Shown piece after piece: positions 16,102 to 24,885 of a DNA stretch of 32,000 bases. The position numbers were made by a program, and so were the translations under genes. This DNA is from Planctopirus limnophila DSM 3776 (GTDB lineage Bacteria; Planctomycetota; Planctomycetia; Planctomycetales; Planctomycetaceae): the NCBI RefSeq assembly GCF_000092105.1, contig NC_014148.1, positions 5,160,001 to 5,192,000 of the forward strand, given 5' to 3'. The notes under the pieces are model-generated. The model did no database searches. It was given only the letters and a program-made list of their open reading frames with translations, and was not told the origin of the DNA. Position 1 is the first letter of the stretch; the number at the start of each line of letters is the position of its first letter.

Positions 16102-17619
16102 ATGCTGCCATTTCTCAAATCCCCTGGCTCTGGGACTGGCATGACTTTCTCGTCGCTTGCTTCATTTGAAGATTATCTGGTTCAGCAGCAGTTGGTGTCG
16201 CCGCGTGCTTTGGCGGAGGCGGCCCGACATATTCGGGGCAATGATTCGTCGGCCATCAAAGAGTTGATCCGCGAACTGGAACGCCGGATGGAGCTGACGG
16301 GTTATCAGTCGGGGATTCTGCTGAAGCACGAGATCGAGGGTTTGCGAGTTGGCAATTACAAATTGCTCTACCGCAATGCTTCAGGGAGTTTTGCCCGGGT
16401 CTTCCGTGGCTGCTCTGTGTTGACTGGAGAGATGATTGGCCTGAAGGTACTGCGGCAGCGTTATGCCAGTGATCCGCGCGCTGTCAATCTCTTCAAGCGG
16501 GAAGGCGAACTGGGGCGGCGTCTCAAGCACAAGAACATCGTGCCCATTTACGAAGTGGGAAGCGACGGTGGTCAGCATTACCTGACGATGGAGTTCGTCG
16601 AAGGTGGCAATCTCAAGGATATCCTGAAAATTCGGGGCAAGTTCACTCCCGAAGAAGCGGTCAAATACATCATCGATCTGGCGGAAGGGCTCGAATATGC
16701 ATTGTCGATGGGTTTTACTCATCGCGATCTGAAGCTCTCGAACGCCCTGCTTTCCGCACAACGGGTCGCGAAGCTGGTTGACTTTGGTCTGGCGGGAGGC
16801 GAAGCCTCCGGTGTGGCTGATGACGCCGACCGTGCAGTGGAATACGGCACGCTGGAAAAATTCACGGGAGCTCCTGATGGTGACCCGCGCAGCGATTTGT
16901 TCTTTTTGGGGGTGATGCTCTACGAAATGGTCTCGGGCCAACCCCCTTATCCACCCACAAAAGATATTAACGAGCGGCGGCAAATCAGCAGGTACCGCAA
17001 CATCCGGCCCATCACTTCTGTATGCCCGGGTCTTTCGAGGCCGCTGGTGGACATTATCGATCAGTTGCTGCGCAGTAACCCCCATGAGCGGTATCAATCA
17101 CCGACAGAACTGTTGCGAGATCTGCGGAAACTTCAACCCAGTTTCAGCTCAACAACAACCAGCAGCGAAGGTTTAGGAAGCACCAGCGGGCCCATGCCAG
17201 CAATCAAGAGTTCTGAGGGCGAACCTTCAGCCAGTGCCTCCACGGCGAATCGCACCTCGACCATCCTGTGTATTGAAGGTCGTGCGACTCAACAGGATCG
17301 TCTCCGCGAATATCTTTCCAAGCATGGATATCGAGTGCTAATGCTCAGTGATACCGATCGAGCACTGCAGCGCCTCGAAAGCATGGCCGTGTCAGGGATT
17401 CTCGTGACCTGTGAAGCGTTGGCCGATGATGTGGTCGGGCGATATGGGCAATTGAAAAAGCACGCCGATCGTACTGAGACTCCTCTGGTGCTGGCATTAT
17501 CAGCAAAACGAGCCGATCTGTTGCCGCAACTGCCGGCTTCTCGCTACAGCCAGGTCATGCCGCAGCCTGTAACACTTCGCGATCTGCGTGATCGGCTGGA
17601 AACCATGAAGGCCAGCTAA
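16102..17619 (+). CDS. Ser/Thr protein kinase with an N-terminal helical domain and a C-terminal degenerate receiver-like domain
   Basis: Hanks kinase motifs: 'IGLKVL' (VAIK Lys), 'HRDLKLSN', 'DFGLAG', 'DLFFLGVMLYEMVSG'. The glycine loop is degenerate ('NASGSFARV'). The C-terminal ~120 aa 'TILCIEGRATQQDRLREYLSKHGYRVLMLSDTDRALQRL...ILVTCEAL...PLVLALSAK' have receiver topology but lack the DD, phospho-acceptor Asp and Lys residues. GAAGG lies 6 nt upstream of the ATG at 16102. Confidence 0.85.
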   Translation: MLPFLKSPGSGTGMTFSSLASFEDYLVQQQLVSPRALAEAARHIRGNDSSAIKELIRELERRMELTGYQSGILLKHEIEGLRVGNYKLLYRNASGSFARVFRGCSVLTGEMIGLKVLRQRYASDPRAVNLFKREGELGRRLKHKNIVPIYEVGSDGGQHYLTMEFVEGGNLKDILKIRGKFTPEEAVKYIIDLAEGLEYALSMGFTHRDLKLSNALLSAQRVAKLVDFGLAGGEASGVADDADRAVEYGTLEKFTGAPDGDPRSDLFFLGVMLYEMVSGQPPYPPTKDINERRQISRYRNIRPITSVCPGLSRPLVDIIDQLLRSNPHERYQSPTELLRDLRKLQPSFSSTTTSSEGLGSTSGPMPAIKSSEGEPSASASTANRTSTILCIEGRATQQDRLREYLSKHGYRVLMLSDTDRALQRLESMAVSGILVTCEALADDVVGRYGQLKKHADRTETPLVLALSAKRADLLPQLPASRYSQVMPQPVTLRDLRDRLETMKAS

Positions 17620-17690
17620 CTCGGCTGAACGCTCCAATGGTGCTTGGAGATCAGGAAGCGAGCTTACGTCTCTCTGGGCAAGCGTGGCGT

Positions 17691-18200
17691 TTACACTGGC
17701 AAGAGATCCTGCAGGTCGCATCGGATTTCATTGGAGAGGAGACTCGCAGGTGTTCGATGAGCCACCCGATCCCTCAGACGCTGCAATTTGCTGTAAAGTT
17801 GTTCTCGTTCCCCAGTCAGAAAATCATTCCGGATGCTGGCAGAGGCGTACGAGGACTGAACCGAATATGTGGATGGAGCGGTCGTGAGACAGGCCGAGAG
17901 TCGCTGTGATAATGATTCTCGATCAGACATCGTGGGTTCTGAATGGATGCTGTCAGAACTCACTGCGCCGCTGTTTCCTGCAACAGAGTTCCCAATAGCG
18001 GAACCCCCAATAGTGTAACTCTGTGCTGACTCATGCCGATTCCCTGCCAGCAGGACATCCAGCAAACTGACGAGCCAGCGATCTCTCAACAAAGTTGAAG
18101 GTTCATCCAGCACCTGACGCAGGTCGCCCAGCAGCAGATACTCCAGGTCCGACCAGTAACCTCGCGGTGCGATTGTTGATTGAACCGCGGTGGACATCAT
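17691..18200 (-). CDS. Hypothetical protein
   Basis: ORF on the minus strand, convergent with the kinase. The ATG-ATG at 18200/18197 is preferred over the TTG at 18251. It has helical-looking ends and a central low-complexity 'GGSAIGNSVAGNSGAVSS'. No family was recognised. Confidence 0.5.
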   Translation of the reverse strand: MMSTAVQSTIAPRGYWSDLEYLLLGDLRQVLDEPSTLLRDRWLVSLLDVLLAGNRHESAQSYTIGGSAIGNSVAGNSGAVSSDSIHSEPTMSDRESLSQRLSACLTTAPSTYSVQSSYASASIRNDFLTGEREQLYSKLQRLRDRVAHRTPASLLSNEIRCDLQDLLPV

Positions 18201-18437
18201 GATTACGGGGCCGAATGGGCTTAGGGGAGGTAGGACACTTTTTAACCTCAATGCAAGGGATGTGCCGAGTCAACTGCCGCGATCGAAATTTTGAGAATTC
18301 TGCCATTCCCTGCGCTGTTACCAAAATTAAATATTGAAAATGAACTGAAAACACATCTTTGTCCGCCGTTTTCCCGTGCCTTATGTCAAACCGATTGATC
18401 ATCGAGGGTTTCTGGTCAACCAGAGAGCGATCTTGTT

Positions 18438-18456
18438 CTGAACAGAATCTGTTCAG
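18438..18456. promoter_or_regulatory. Perfect 8-bp inverted repeat with a 3-nt spacer in a long divergent intergenic region (possible operator)
   Basis: ctgaacag-aat-ctgttcag at 18438-18456, within the ~650-bp non-coding gap between the divergent genes 17691-18200 (-) and 18856-21150 (+). Confidence 0.3.
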
Positions 18457-18855
18457 CAATTGCGCCGAAAATGAGCAAATGGCATCTGGCCGGTTCCTAA
18501 GAACTCTGCACCCGTATTCAACGGAGAAATACGATATCATCAGCGTTTCGCCAAAAATTCTCAGCGGGATCATTGATCAGCGGAACACATGTAAATAAGT
18601 AACTACTCTGATATCTGGCGGGTGTTTGGGGATGAAGAAAGTTCTGGCGCCGCCTGATACGCAGAGTTCCCTTAACAATCGAATCTGCCCTGCGGCTGCC
18701 AGGTTATGGTTTGGAAAGTGAGTTCGGTCGTTCTACTCTTTCGCTTCTGCACGGCTCGTGAGATGATCTGCAGCTAACCTGGCAGGAACTGGAATTCAAA
18801 AGATTGTTGATCCGGAAGCCACCTGCGGGTCTTTAACGTTCCTCAACCAGCGGCG

Positions 18856-21150
18856 ATGAGTTTCATCAAACCGCAGCCCTACGATCGGAATATCGACGTG
18901 GCGACATCTGTCGACCAGCATCCCTCCAATTCTCCTGCTTTGCCAGAGCCCTGGCAGGCTGTTGTCGGCAAGTTCGTGAGTTCGCAACAACCTGTCCTGC
19001 AATGGGCCTGGTCAAATATCGATGCCTCGCGACATTTTCAAAAAACGTTATTGGTCCTAACCAGTCAGAATCTGATGGCTTTTGCAGGCTCCCCTGAGTC
19101 TCCCCAGATTTCGCAGTGGCCTCTCAGTCAAATTGAGAATCTGACGACCAGTGACCGAGCCGGGCTGGGAACTCTCGAAGCGCAATCGATGGATCGTCGC
19201 CTGGCGATCTGGCATTACACGCTGGATCTGGGCCCTGCCATTCTGCTGCTGATCGAAGCTTTTCAAATGGCCTCGCTGGGCAGGAAGTCGATTTCGCTGG
19301 AAGAGCCAGTGCAGGCTCCGGAAGCCGAATCGACCACGACTCCGCCAACCACCAAAGCACTCTGGCGGCTTGCCCGATTTGCCCGACCCCATGCTGCTGC
19401 AATTGCAGCAGGTTTTCTCCTGTCTTTCCTGGCGATGATTGCCGGGCTCATCCCGCCCTATCTGACTGTTCCATTGCTGGATGACATTCTCATCCCGTAT
19501 CAGACAGCGGCGTCTCTTTCGCGCGAGACAGGTCAGCCGATTCCACCCGCGGTCGACTTTTCGATGTCACTGGCGGGGATGTACCTGGCGGGTTTGCTGC
19601 TGGCGGCTGTGGCCGCCTGGATTCTGGGCTGGCTGCAGGGGGCACTGCTGGCTCGCGTCAGCGAGCGGATTGCGGCCGATCTTCGCAATGCCTCGTATGC
19701 CCATTTGCAAAGGCTGTCTCTCGAGTACTTTGGTGGAAAACGGACGGGCGACCTCATGTCGCGTGTCAGTACGGATTCGGATCGCCTTTGCCAGTTCCTC
19801 TCGGATGGTGTGGTCGATTTTGCTGCCGACTGTTTTCTGATTGTCGGGACAGCCGTCGTGCTCTTCTGGATCGATCCGTGGCTGGCCATGGTTTCGCTGG
19901 TGCCATTTCCTTTGGTGATCTGGCTGATGTATGTCTCGCGCGACCGTCTGCAATCGGGCTTTCAAAAAGGTGGACGAGCCTGGGCCCACATGACAAGTGT
20001 CCTCGCGGATACCATCCCCGGGATTCGGGTTGTCAAAGCCTTTGCCCAGGAAACGCGTGAGATTCAGCGGTTTGAACAGGCCAATCGAGAAGTTCTTTCG
20101 GCCAACGACAAAGTGAATCGAGTCTGGACGTTCTTCTGGCCCATGATCATTTTCCTCAATCAACTGGGTGTGCTGGTGGTGTGGGGCTATGGGATTTACC
20201 GGGTTCATGAGCAGATGATTACCGTCGGTGTGCTGACCGCATTCCTGGCGTATATCGCGAGGTTTTATGGTCGGCTGGAATCGATGAGCCGCATGGTGAA
20301 TTCATCGCAGCGGGCGGCTGCCAGTGCTCATCGGATCTTTGAAATTCTCGACCGGGTCTCGAGTGTTCCCGAGCCGGCTCAACCAGTCCCGCTCAAAGAC
20401 TTCAAAGGTGAGATCGAACTGAAGTCGATTGGTTTCCGATATGGGAACCGTAAAGTGCTGGATGGTGTGAATCTGAAAATTGCCGCTGGCGAAATGATCG
20501 GGCTCGTGGGCCAGACCGGTGCTGGAAAAAGCACGCTGATCAATCTGGTGTGTCGCTTTTTTGATGTGGCCGAAGGAGCCATCTATGCGGATGGCACAGA
20601 CATTCGCTCGTTCCGAGTCGAAGATTGGCGCAAGAATGTCGGGATCGTGCTGCAGGATCCTTTCCTCTTCTTTGGAACCATTGCAGAAAATATTGCGTAC
20701 GGGAAGCCAGGGGCTTCGCGCGATGAAATCATTGAAGCGGCCCGGGCAGCACGTGCTCATGAGTTCATTCTGCAGTTGCCGGATGGATACGATTCGCTGG
20801 TCGGTGAGCGGGGACAATCGCTCTCGGGTGGTGAGAGGCAGCGCATTTCGATTGCGAGAGCGCTGCTGATTAACCCCAGACTGCTCATTCTTGATGAAGC
20901 GACCAGTGCCGTCGATACCGAGACCGAGCGGCAGATTCAGGAAGCGTTGCAGAATCTGGTCAAGGGCCGAACGACGATCGCAATTGCTCACCGTCTCAGT
21001 ACGCTACGCCGTGCCAATCGAATTGTGGTTCTCGATCATGGTCGACTGGTCGAATCGGGAACTCATGAAGAGTTGTTGAAACTCTCCGGCGGGCATTACG
21101 CCAAACTGGTCGAAGCGCAACAGGCACTGACAAAAGACATTGGCTGGTAA
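18856..21150 (+). CDS. ABC exporter, fused permease/ATPase (MsbA/type I exporter-like), with a ~165-aa N-terminal cytoplasmic extension
   Basis: Six-TM exporter domain. Walker A 'GQTGAGKST', signature 'LSGGERQRISIARAL', Walker B 'LLILDEATSAVD', H-loop 'IAHRLST'. The N-terminal region (MSFIKPQPYDRN...LLVLTSQNLMAF...LAIWHYTL...) precedes TM1 and looks like a bacterial PH-like module. Confidence 0.9.
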   Translation: MSFIKPQPYDRNIDVATSVDQHPSNSPALPEPWQAVVGKFVSSQQPVLQWAWSNIDASRHFQKTLLVLTSQNLMAFAGSPESPQISQWPLSQIENLTTSDRAGLGTLEAQSMDRRLAIWHYTLDLGPAILLLIEAFQMASLGRKSISLEEPVQAPEAESTTTPPTTKALWRLARFARPHAAAIAAGFLLSFLAMIAGLIPPYLTVPLLDDILIPYQTAASLSRETGQPIPPAVDFSMSLAGMYLAGLLLAAVAAWILGWLQGALLARVSERIAADLRNASYAHLQRLSLEYFGGKRTGDLMSRVSTDSDRLCQFLSDGVVDFAADCFLIVGTAVVLFWIDPWLAMVSLVPFPLVIWLMYVSRDRLQSGFQKGGRAWAHMTSVLADTIPGIRVVKAFAQETREIQRFEQANREVLSANDKVNRVWTFFWPMIIFLNQLGVLVVWGYGIYRVHEQMITVGVLTAFLAYIARFYGRLESMSRMVNSSQRAAASAHRIFEILDRVSSVPEPAQPVPLKDFKGEIELKSIGFRYGNRKVLDGVNLKIAAGEMIGLVGQTGAGKSTLINLVCRFFDVAEGAIYADGTDIRSFRVEDWRKNVGIVLQDPFLFFGTIAENIAYGKPGASRDEIIEAARAARAHEFILQLPDGYDSLVGERGQSLSGGERQRISIARALLINPRLLILDEATSAVDTETERQIQEALQNLVKGRTTIAIAHRLSTLRRANRIVVLDHGRLVESGTHEELLKLSGGHYAKLVEAQQALTKDIGW

Positions 21151-21187
21151 TCTATTCTCATCATCCCTTTGAAGGTCACTGACGAAC

Positions 21188-21565
21188 ATGCAGCACAACC
21201 CGCGATTTTTGCAACTGGTGGAATCGGTTCGTACCAATATCCGGGAATGCAGTATTGCCGACCTGAAATTACTGCTCGAAAAGAAATCGCCCGTCCTGCT
21301 CTTTGACGTGCGTGAAGATCACGAATGGGTCAATGGCCATATTCCGACAGCGAAGCATCTGGGCCGGGGCATTATCGAACGGGATATTGAAACGTTGATC
21401 CCTGATCCGGAAACCGAAATTTACCTGTATTGCGGCGGTGGCTTTCGCTCAGCTCTGGCAGCCGACACGCTGCAGAAAATGGGCTACATGCATGTGATCT
21501 CGGTGGATGGTGGCTTCCGTGGCTGGAAAGAATCTGGGGGTGAGATTGTCACCCCCAGTGCATAG
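21188..21565 (+). CDS. Single-domain rhodanese-like sulfurtransferase
   Basis: '[22 protein letters not shown]' and the active-site loop '[12 protein letters not shown]' (CX4R), followed by '[10 protein letters not shown]'. It starts 37 nt after the ABC exporter stop, so it is probably co-transcribed. Confidence 0.88.
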   Translation: MQHNPRFLQLVESVRTNIRECSIADLKLLLEKKSPVLLFDVREDHEWVNGHIPTAKHLGRGIIERDIETLIPDPETEIYLYCGGGFRSALAADTLQKMGYMHVISVDGGFRGWKESGGEIVTPSA

Positions 21566-21621
21566 CTATACAGCCAGCCCATGCCATGCTGCTTTGATTT
21601 CCAGTAAATGATGATCTGTGG

Positions 21622-22737
21622 CTACTGTGGAGCATAACGAAGAGTAGCTGCCAGCCCACATGTACCGGGAACCTGTTCGCCTCCGGCTGCGAGGACAGTC
21701 CCTCCGGTCATCATGACGCGAGCACAGATTTCACCGACGACATCGTAACTGACCGGGCAATTGGCGGCACCTGGCGTAATTTTGCCGTGCTCATCGATGG
21801 TCCCGGGGGTGACTCGGGCGACATCGACAATTAAGGATTGCACTGCGCCTTGTGTGGCAGCGACGGAGATTTCTTCGAGATTAGTAGTTGTGCGATTTTG
21901 TGTTTTTCGCTGCTCGAAGGTCTCGAGTGCCGATTGAATGCGGGCACTGGCGAGGTTCTGGAAGATGGTGCGGGCGGCAGCCACAATCTCGACATCGGAA
22001 ATCGCATCCGGGCTGTGGCGAATTTCTTCGGCAGCAAGAAATGGATACGTTGCCAACTGACGGTAAATGGAAAGCAAGGGTTCTGTTGCTGCCAGAATCA
22101 GAGGTTCACTGCGTCCATTGAGAACCGGCCGGAGTGCCTGATCAACCAGGCGTGCATATTGTGTGAGACGAACTTTCTTCCCTTCGTCTCCCTGAATTCG
22201 TCCGCTGGGTGAGCGATCCTGAATGGACGACTTGCCAACAGAACTTGCTGCATCCTTCGGCAAGCCGTCGATGTTCAATGTCACTGCGGGCAGGTCGGAG
22301 CAGATCTGCAGCAGCTTGACATTATTCTGACCAAGCACCAGGACAAAGCCTGTTGAAGAAGCCGCCATTGGATGCAGCAATGGCTTGACGTGGAATCGAT
22401 CACTGACTTCCACCAGCTCTTGAACGCTGTAGGGAAGTCTTAAAGTATGAATCTGTGTGGGTGTCACAAAAATAGCGAGGCCATGTGCCTGGTATTCCCA
22501 GAACGATCCATCATCTACCAGATCAAGAAGCAGTCCTTCAATGGCTTCGACATCTTTTTTCGGACGCTCTGCCAGTTGATCAATCGCAGTTTTTGTCAGA
22601 TTTTTGAGGACAATCCGATCCTGCTGGGCCTGCTGAGAAAATGGCGTCGTGGGAAGATAAATGCTGACCTTGATCTCACCCCGTGAATTCATCAGGGTGG
22701 CAATATCATCTCGAGAGGGAAGATCAACGTGAAGCAT
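21622..22737 (-). CDS. eRF1-like protein of the bacterial archaeo-eukaryotic release factor (baeRF, family-3-like) group
   Basis: 371 aa. The N-terminus 'MLHVDLPSRDDIATLMNSRGEIKVSIYLPTTPFSQQAQQDRIVLKNLTKTAIDQL' and the C-terminus 'GAVQSLIVD...GGTVLAAGGEQVPGTCGLAATLRYAP' match my memory of baeRF3-type proteins, which have an eRF1 central plus C-terminal domain layout. No search was run, so the family assignment is provisional. Confidence 0.6.
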   Translation of the reverse strand: MLHVDLPSRDDIATLMNSRGEIKVSIYLPTTPFSQQAQQDRIVLKNLTKTAIDQLAERPKKDVEAIEGLLLDLVDDGSFWEYQAHGLAIFVTPTQIHTLRLPYSVQELVEVSDRFHVKPLLHPMAASSTGFVLVLGQNNVKLLQICSDLPAVTLNIDGLPKDAASSVGKSSIQDRSPSGRIQGDEGKKVRLTQYARLVDQALRPVLNGRSEPLILAATEPLLSIYRQLATYPFLAAEEIRHSPDAISDVEIVAAARTIFQNLASARIQSALETFEQRKTQNRTTTNLEEISVAATQGAVQSLIVDVARVTPGTIDEHGKITPGAANCPVSYDVVGEICARVMMTGGTVLAAGGEQVPGTCGLAATLRYAPQ

Positions 22738-23075
22738 CTGGAATATCCTGAGAGAACATCGTGAAGTAGAGAATGGCCGATCTCTAAATCACTCTATTGA
22801 CCATCAGCAAGCAAGTTAATGCTGATGAAAGTTCTCAGGGATTCCATAAATTGCAGGTTTTAACCATCTGACCAAGTCAAATGTACAAACAATTGAATGC
22901 TTACGGTCCACCATGTTAAGGAACAAGCGGCTCTCTTCACATTTCGCAAACCTATTGAAAGGTCGAACGACGACTCCACGCGGCGTGCAGGTTTGCACTT
23001 TCTGCAGATCTGTTTTGGTCGAACAGAGTGGATACGTTGTCGCCTTATCTCGAGTTGCGATTGGTTGAAGCGCAC

Positions 23076-23267
23076 CTACGAGAGTTCGCGGGCGAACGAG
23101 TGATCAACGACCGTGAACTCGGGATCGAGTGCCGGAGCGGGTTGTCGATTGAGGCGATGCAGCCGATGGGGCTGCAGATCGTGGAAGAAGGCACAACCGC
23201 TGATCCCACCGAAGACAGCCAAGACCCAAAGTGCCAGCCAGAACCTGCGTTGCATGTTGGTGCTCAT
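23076..23267 (-). CDS. Possible small lipoprotein
   Basis: 'M(STN)MQRRFWLALWVLAVFGGISGC' has a positively charged n-region, a hydrophobic core and a lipobox, ISG|C. The mature part is about 40 aa. The alternative start at 23255 has AAGGA 11 nt upstream. A competing plus-strand ORF (23028-23348, GTG start) cannot be excluded. Confidence 0.4.
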   Translation of the reverse strand: MSTNMQRRFWLALWVLAVFGGISGCAFFHDLQPHRLHRLNRQPAPALDPEFTVVDHSFARELS

Positions 23268-23694
23268 CCTTTCGTTCATCGATCCGGTTCCGGACATCTA
23301 TGGCGGCGGTGTGGGAAGGTTGATGCTCAAGCCGGTAAGTTCAGGTAAAACCAAGGAAGGGTCTTCCCACAGGAGGGCTAGATCGTCAAGGTGTGGTTGG
23401 AGCCGAGTTTCGGCAGGAATCGCCAGATGTCTTAGGGACTCTGCGTGTAGCAGATTCAGTAGAAATGCCCCGGCAAAGATTGCCGCTGAAATCGAGGTGC
23501 GTGCTCTGAATGGCCGCTTTTGCCGCTGGATCGTGATCGACTTTTTCGATGACAGAGAATCATCCAGCAGCGATGACTATTGCGCCGATAGGAGTTTCGT
23601 AGAAATGTTGCTTCGCCTCAGGGGTTGAATCAAAACTTGCGACCTCTGATGCGACTCCATTCGGTGGTGTGGTTCCCTGCTATCGAGAATACTC

Positions 23695-24885
23695 ATGTCT
23701 GAATCTGCAGAACCCAACCCCACAACAGATCTTTCACCCAGTTCTCCCGAAAGTTCTGCTGGAGGAGAACAGCTCACTTCTGCCGGCATCGAGCAGTTCG
23801 AGAAGCTCAAATCGACGTGGCTGAGCCACCTGACAGAGAATATCGATGCTCTGGTCACGTCGTTTCAACAGGCCACGGATCTAGCCACTCAGTTTCGGGT
23901 GAAGGAACTTTCTGCCGAATGGGTGACACAGCATTTAGCAGTTCAACATGAGCCGTGGCCTGCTGGTGAAGCGGCAGGTCTGGTTGTCGAACTTGCCTGT
24001 GATGAGACATTTTTTGTGGCGTTATTGCCTGAAATCATTGGCCTGCCCGGCTGGTATACGACGCCGGATGCCAGTCAGGAATCACGACTGCAAACTTTGG
24101 CACAGGAATGGAGCATTCTTCTGCTGCCTGAGTCAATCGAGATAGGTGCCTCAAAAACGATTACTATCTCGCGCATCGCGGGTCATGTCGAAAACCTGCC
24201 AATGCATGCCCGTTTGCTGGCTTATGCTCTGGAGGTGACGACTCTCGAGAATCCGCCGGAAGAAGGTGAAACACCCGCGATCATCGTGTTGGGGCCATTT
24301 CCTCTATCAGCAAAAGATGGTCAGCCATCGGGGTCGAGTGCCGATGCTGCATCAGGATCCAGCCAGACAGGAATGACGGGAGTCACTCCCCAGAACTTCG
24401 AGGATGAATGGGAAGAGGCCTCAGCAAACCTCGAGACCGAACGTCGTCAGAATTCCAGTGCCGAGCGACAACTGCCCGATTCACAGACTGCAGTAGCGCC
24501 AGTCGATAGCCCGGTTGATGATCTGCTTTCGAACTATGAGGGACTGGCCGCTCAAGATCCAATGGAATCTGCGGCACCATTGGCTCAAGAGACGATGCCT
24601 CAGCAATCGGTCACGAGCCAATTGATGCTGCAAAGGCTCTCTGGAGTGCGGGTTCAATTGAGTGTGCGCCTCGCAGAAAAACGCATGCCCCTGGCTGCTT
24701 TATTGCAATTGTCACCCGGGGCTCTGGTGACGTTTAGTAAACCTTGTGAAGACCTGCTCGATATCTATATTGGAAATCGGCAGTACGCTCAGGGTGAAGC
24801 CGTCAAAATTGGCGAGCATTTTGGCGTGAAGGTCAATCGCTTAGGGCCACCTCCTGAGAAGCCCAGTAGCCTGATTCTGGACTGA
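23695..24885 (+). CDS. FliN/FliM-family (SpoA domain) protein with a long acidic/polar N-terminal and linker region
   Basis: The C-terminal ~80 aa 'LSGVRVQLSVRLAEKRMPLAALLQLSPGALVTFSKPCEDLLDIYIGNRQYAQGEAVKIGEHFGVKVNRL' form the classic SpoA (FliN/SctQ C-terminal) motif. The middle region is D/E/S/P-rich. No other flagellar or T3SS genes are in the window. Confidence 0.8.
   Translation: MSESAEPNPTTDLSPSSPESSAGGEQLTSAGIEQFEKLKSTWLSHLTENIDALVTSFQQATDLATQFRVKELSAEWVTQHLAVQHEPWPAGEAAGLVVELACDETFFVALLPEIIGLPGWYTTPDASQESRLQTLAQEWSILLLPESIEIGASKTITISRIAGHVENLPMHARLLAYALEVTTLENPPEEGETPAIIVLGPFPLSAKDGQPSGSSADAASGSSQTGMTGVTPQNFEDEWEEASANLETERRQNSSAERQLPDSQTAVAPVDSPVDDLLSNYEGLAAQDPMESAAPLAQETMPQQSVTSQLMLQRLSGVRVQLSVRLAEKRMPLAALLQLSPGALVTFSKPCEDLLDIYIGNRQYAQGEAVKIGEHFGVKVNRLGPPPEKPSSLILD

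Noticed and set aside
17632-17649. 6-bp hairpin (ctccaa/ttggag) between the convergent kinase and hypothetical genes as a terminator
   Set aside because: The stem is short, no T- or A-tract lies on either side, and it is too weak to call.
18103-18598. ORFs 18103-18573 (-) and 18359-18598 (+) in the long intergenic gap
   Set aside because: The minus ORF runs out of frame into the N-terminus of the neighbouring hypothetical gene and ends in Pro/Arg/Gly-rich sequence. The plus ORF starts with TTG (printed as M in the track) in AT-rich DNA with no SD sequence. Neither shows a known motif. Both are treated as non-coding pending expression data.
23028-23348. 106-aa plus-strand ORF (GTG start) antisense to the lipoprotein candidate
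   Set aside because: It has no recognisable family and a GTG start. The opposite strand gives a textbook lipoprotein signal peptide with a lipobox. It cannot be fully excluded, which is why the lipoprotein call has low confidence.
23113-23628. 171-aa plus-strand ORF between the lipoprotein candidate and the SpoA gene
   Set aside because: Its composition is dominated by Arg, Cys and Ser (…CRLRRCSRWGCRSWKK…). It has no recognisable motif and no SD sequence. It overlaps the better-supported minus-strand lipoprotein ORF.
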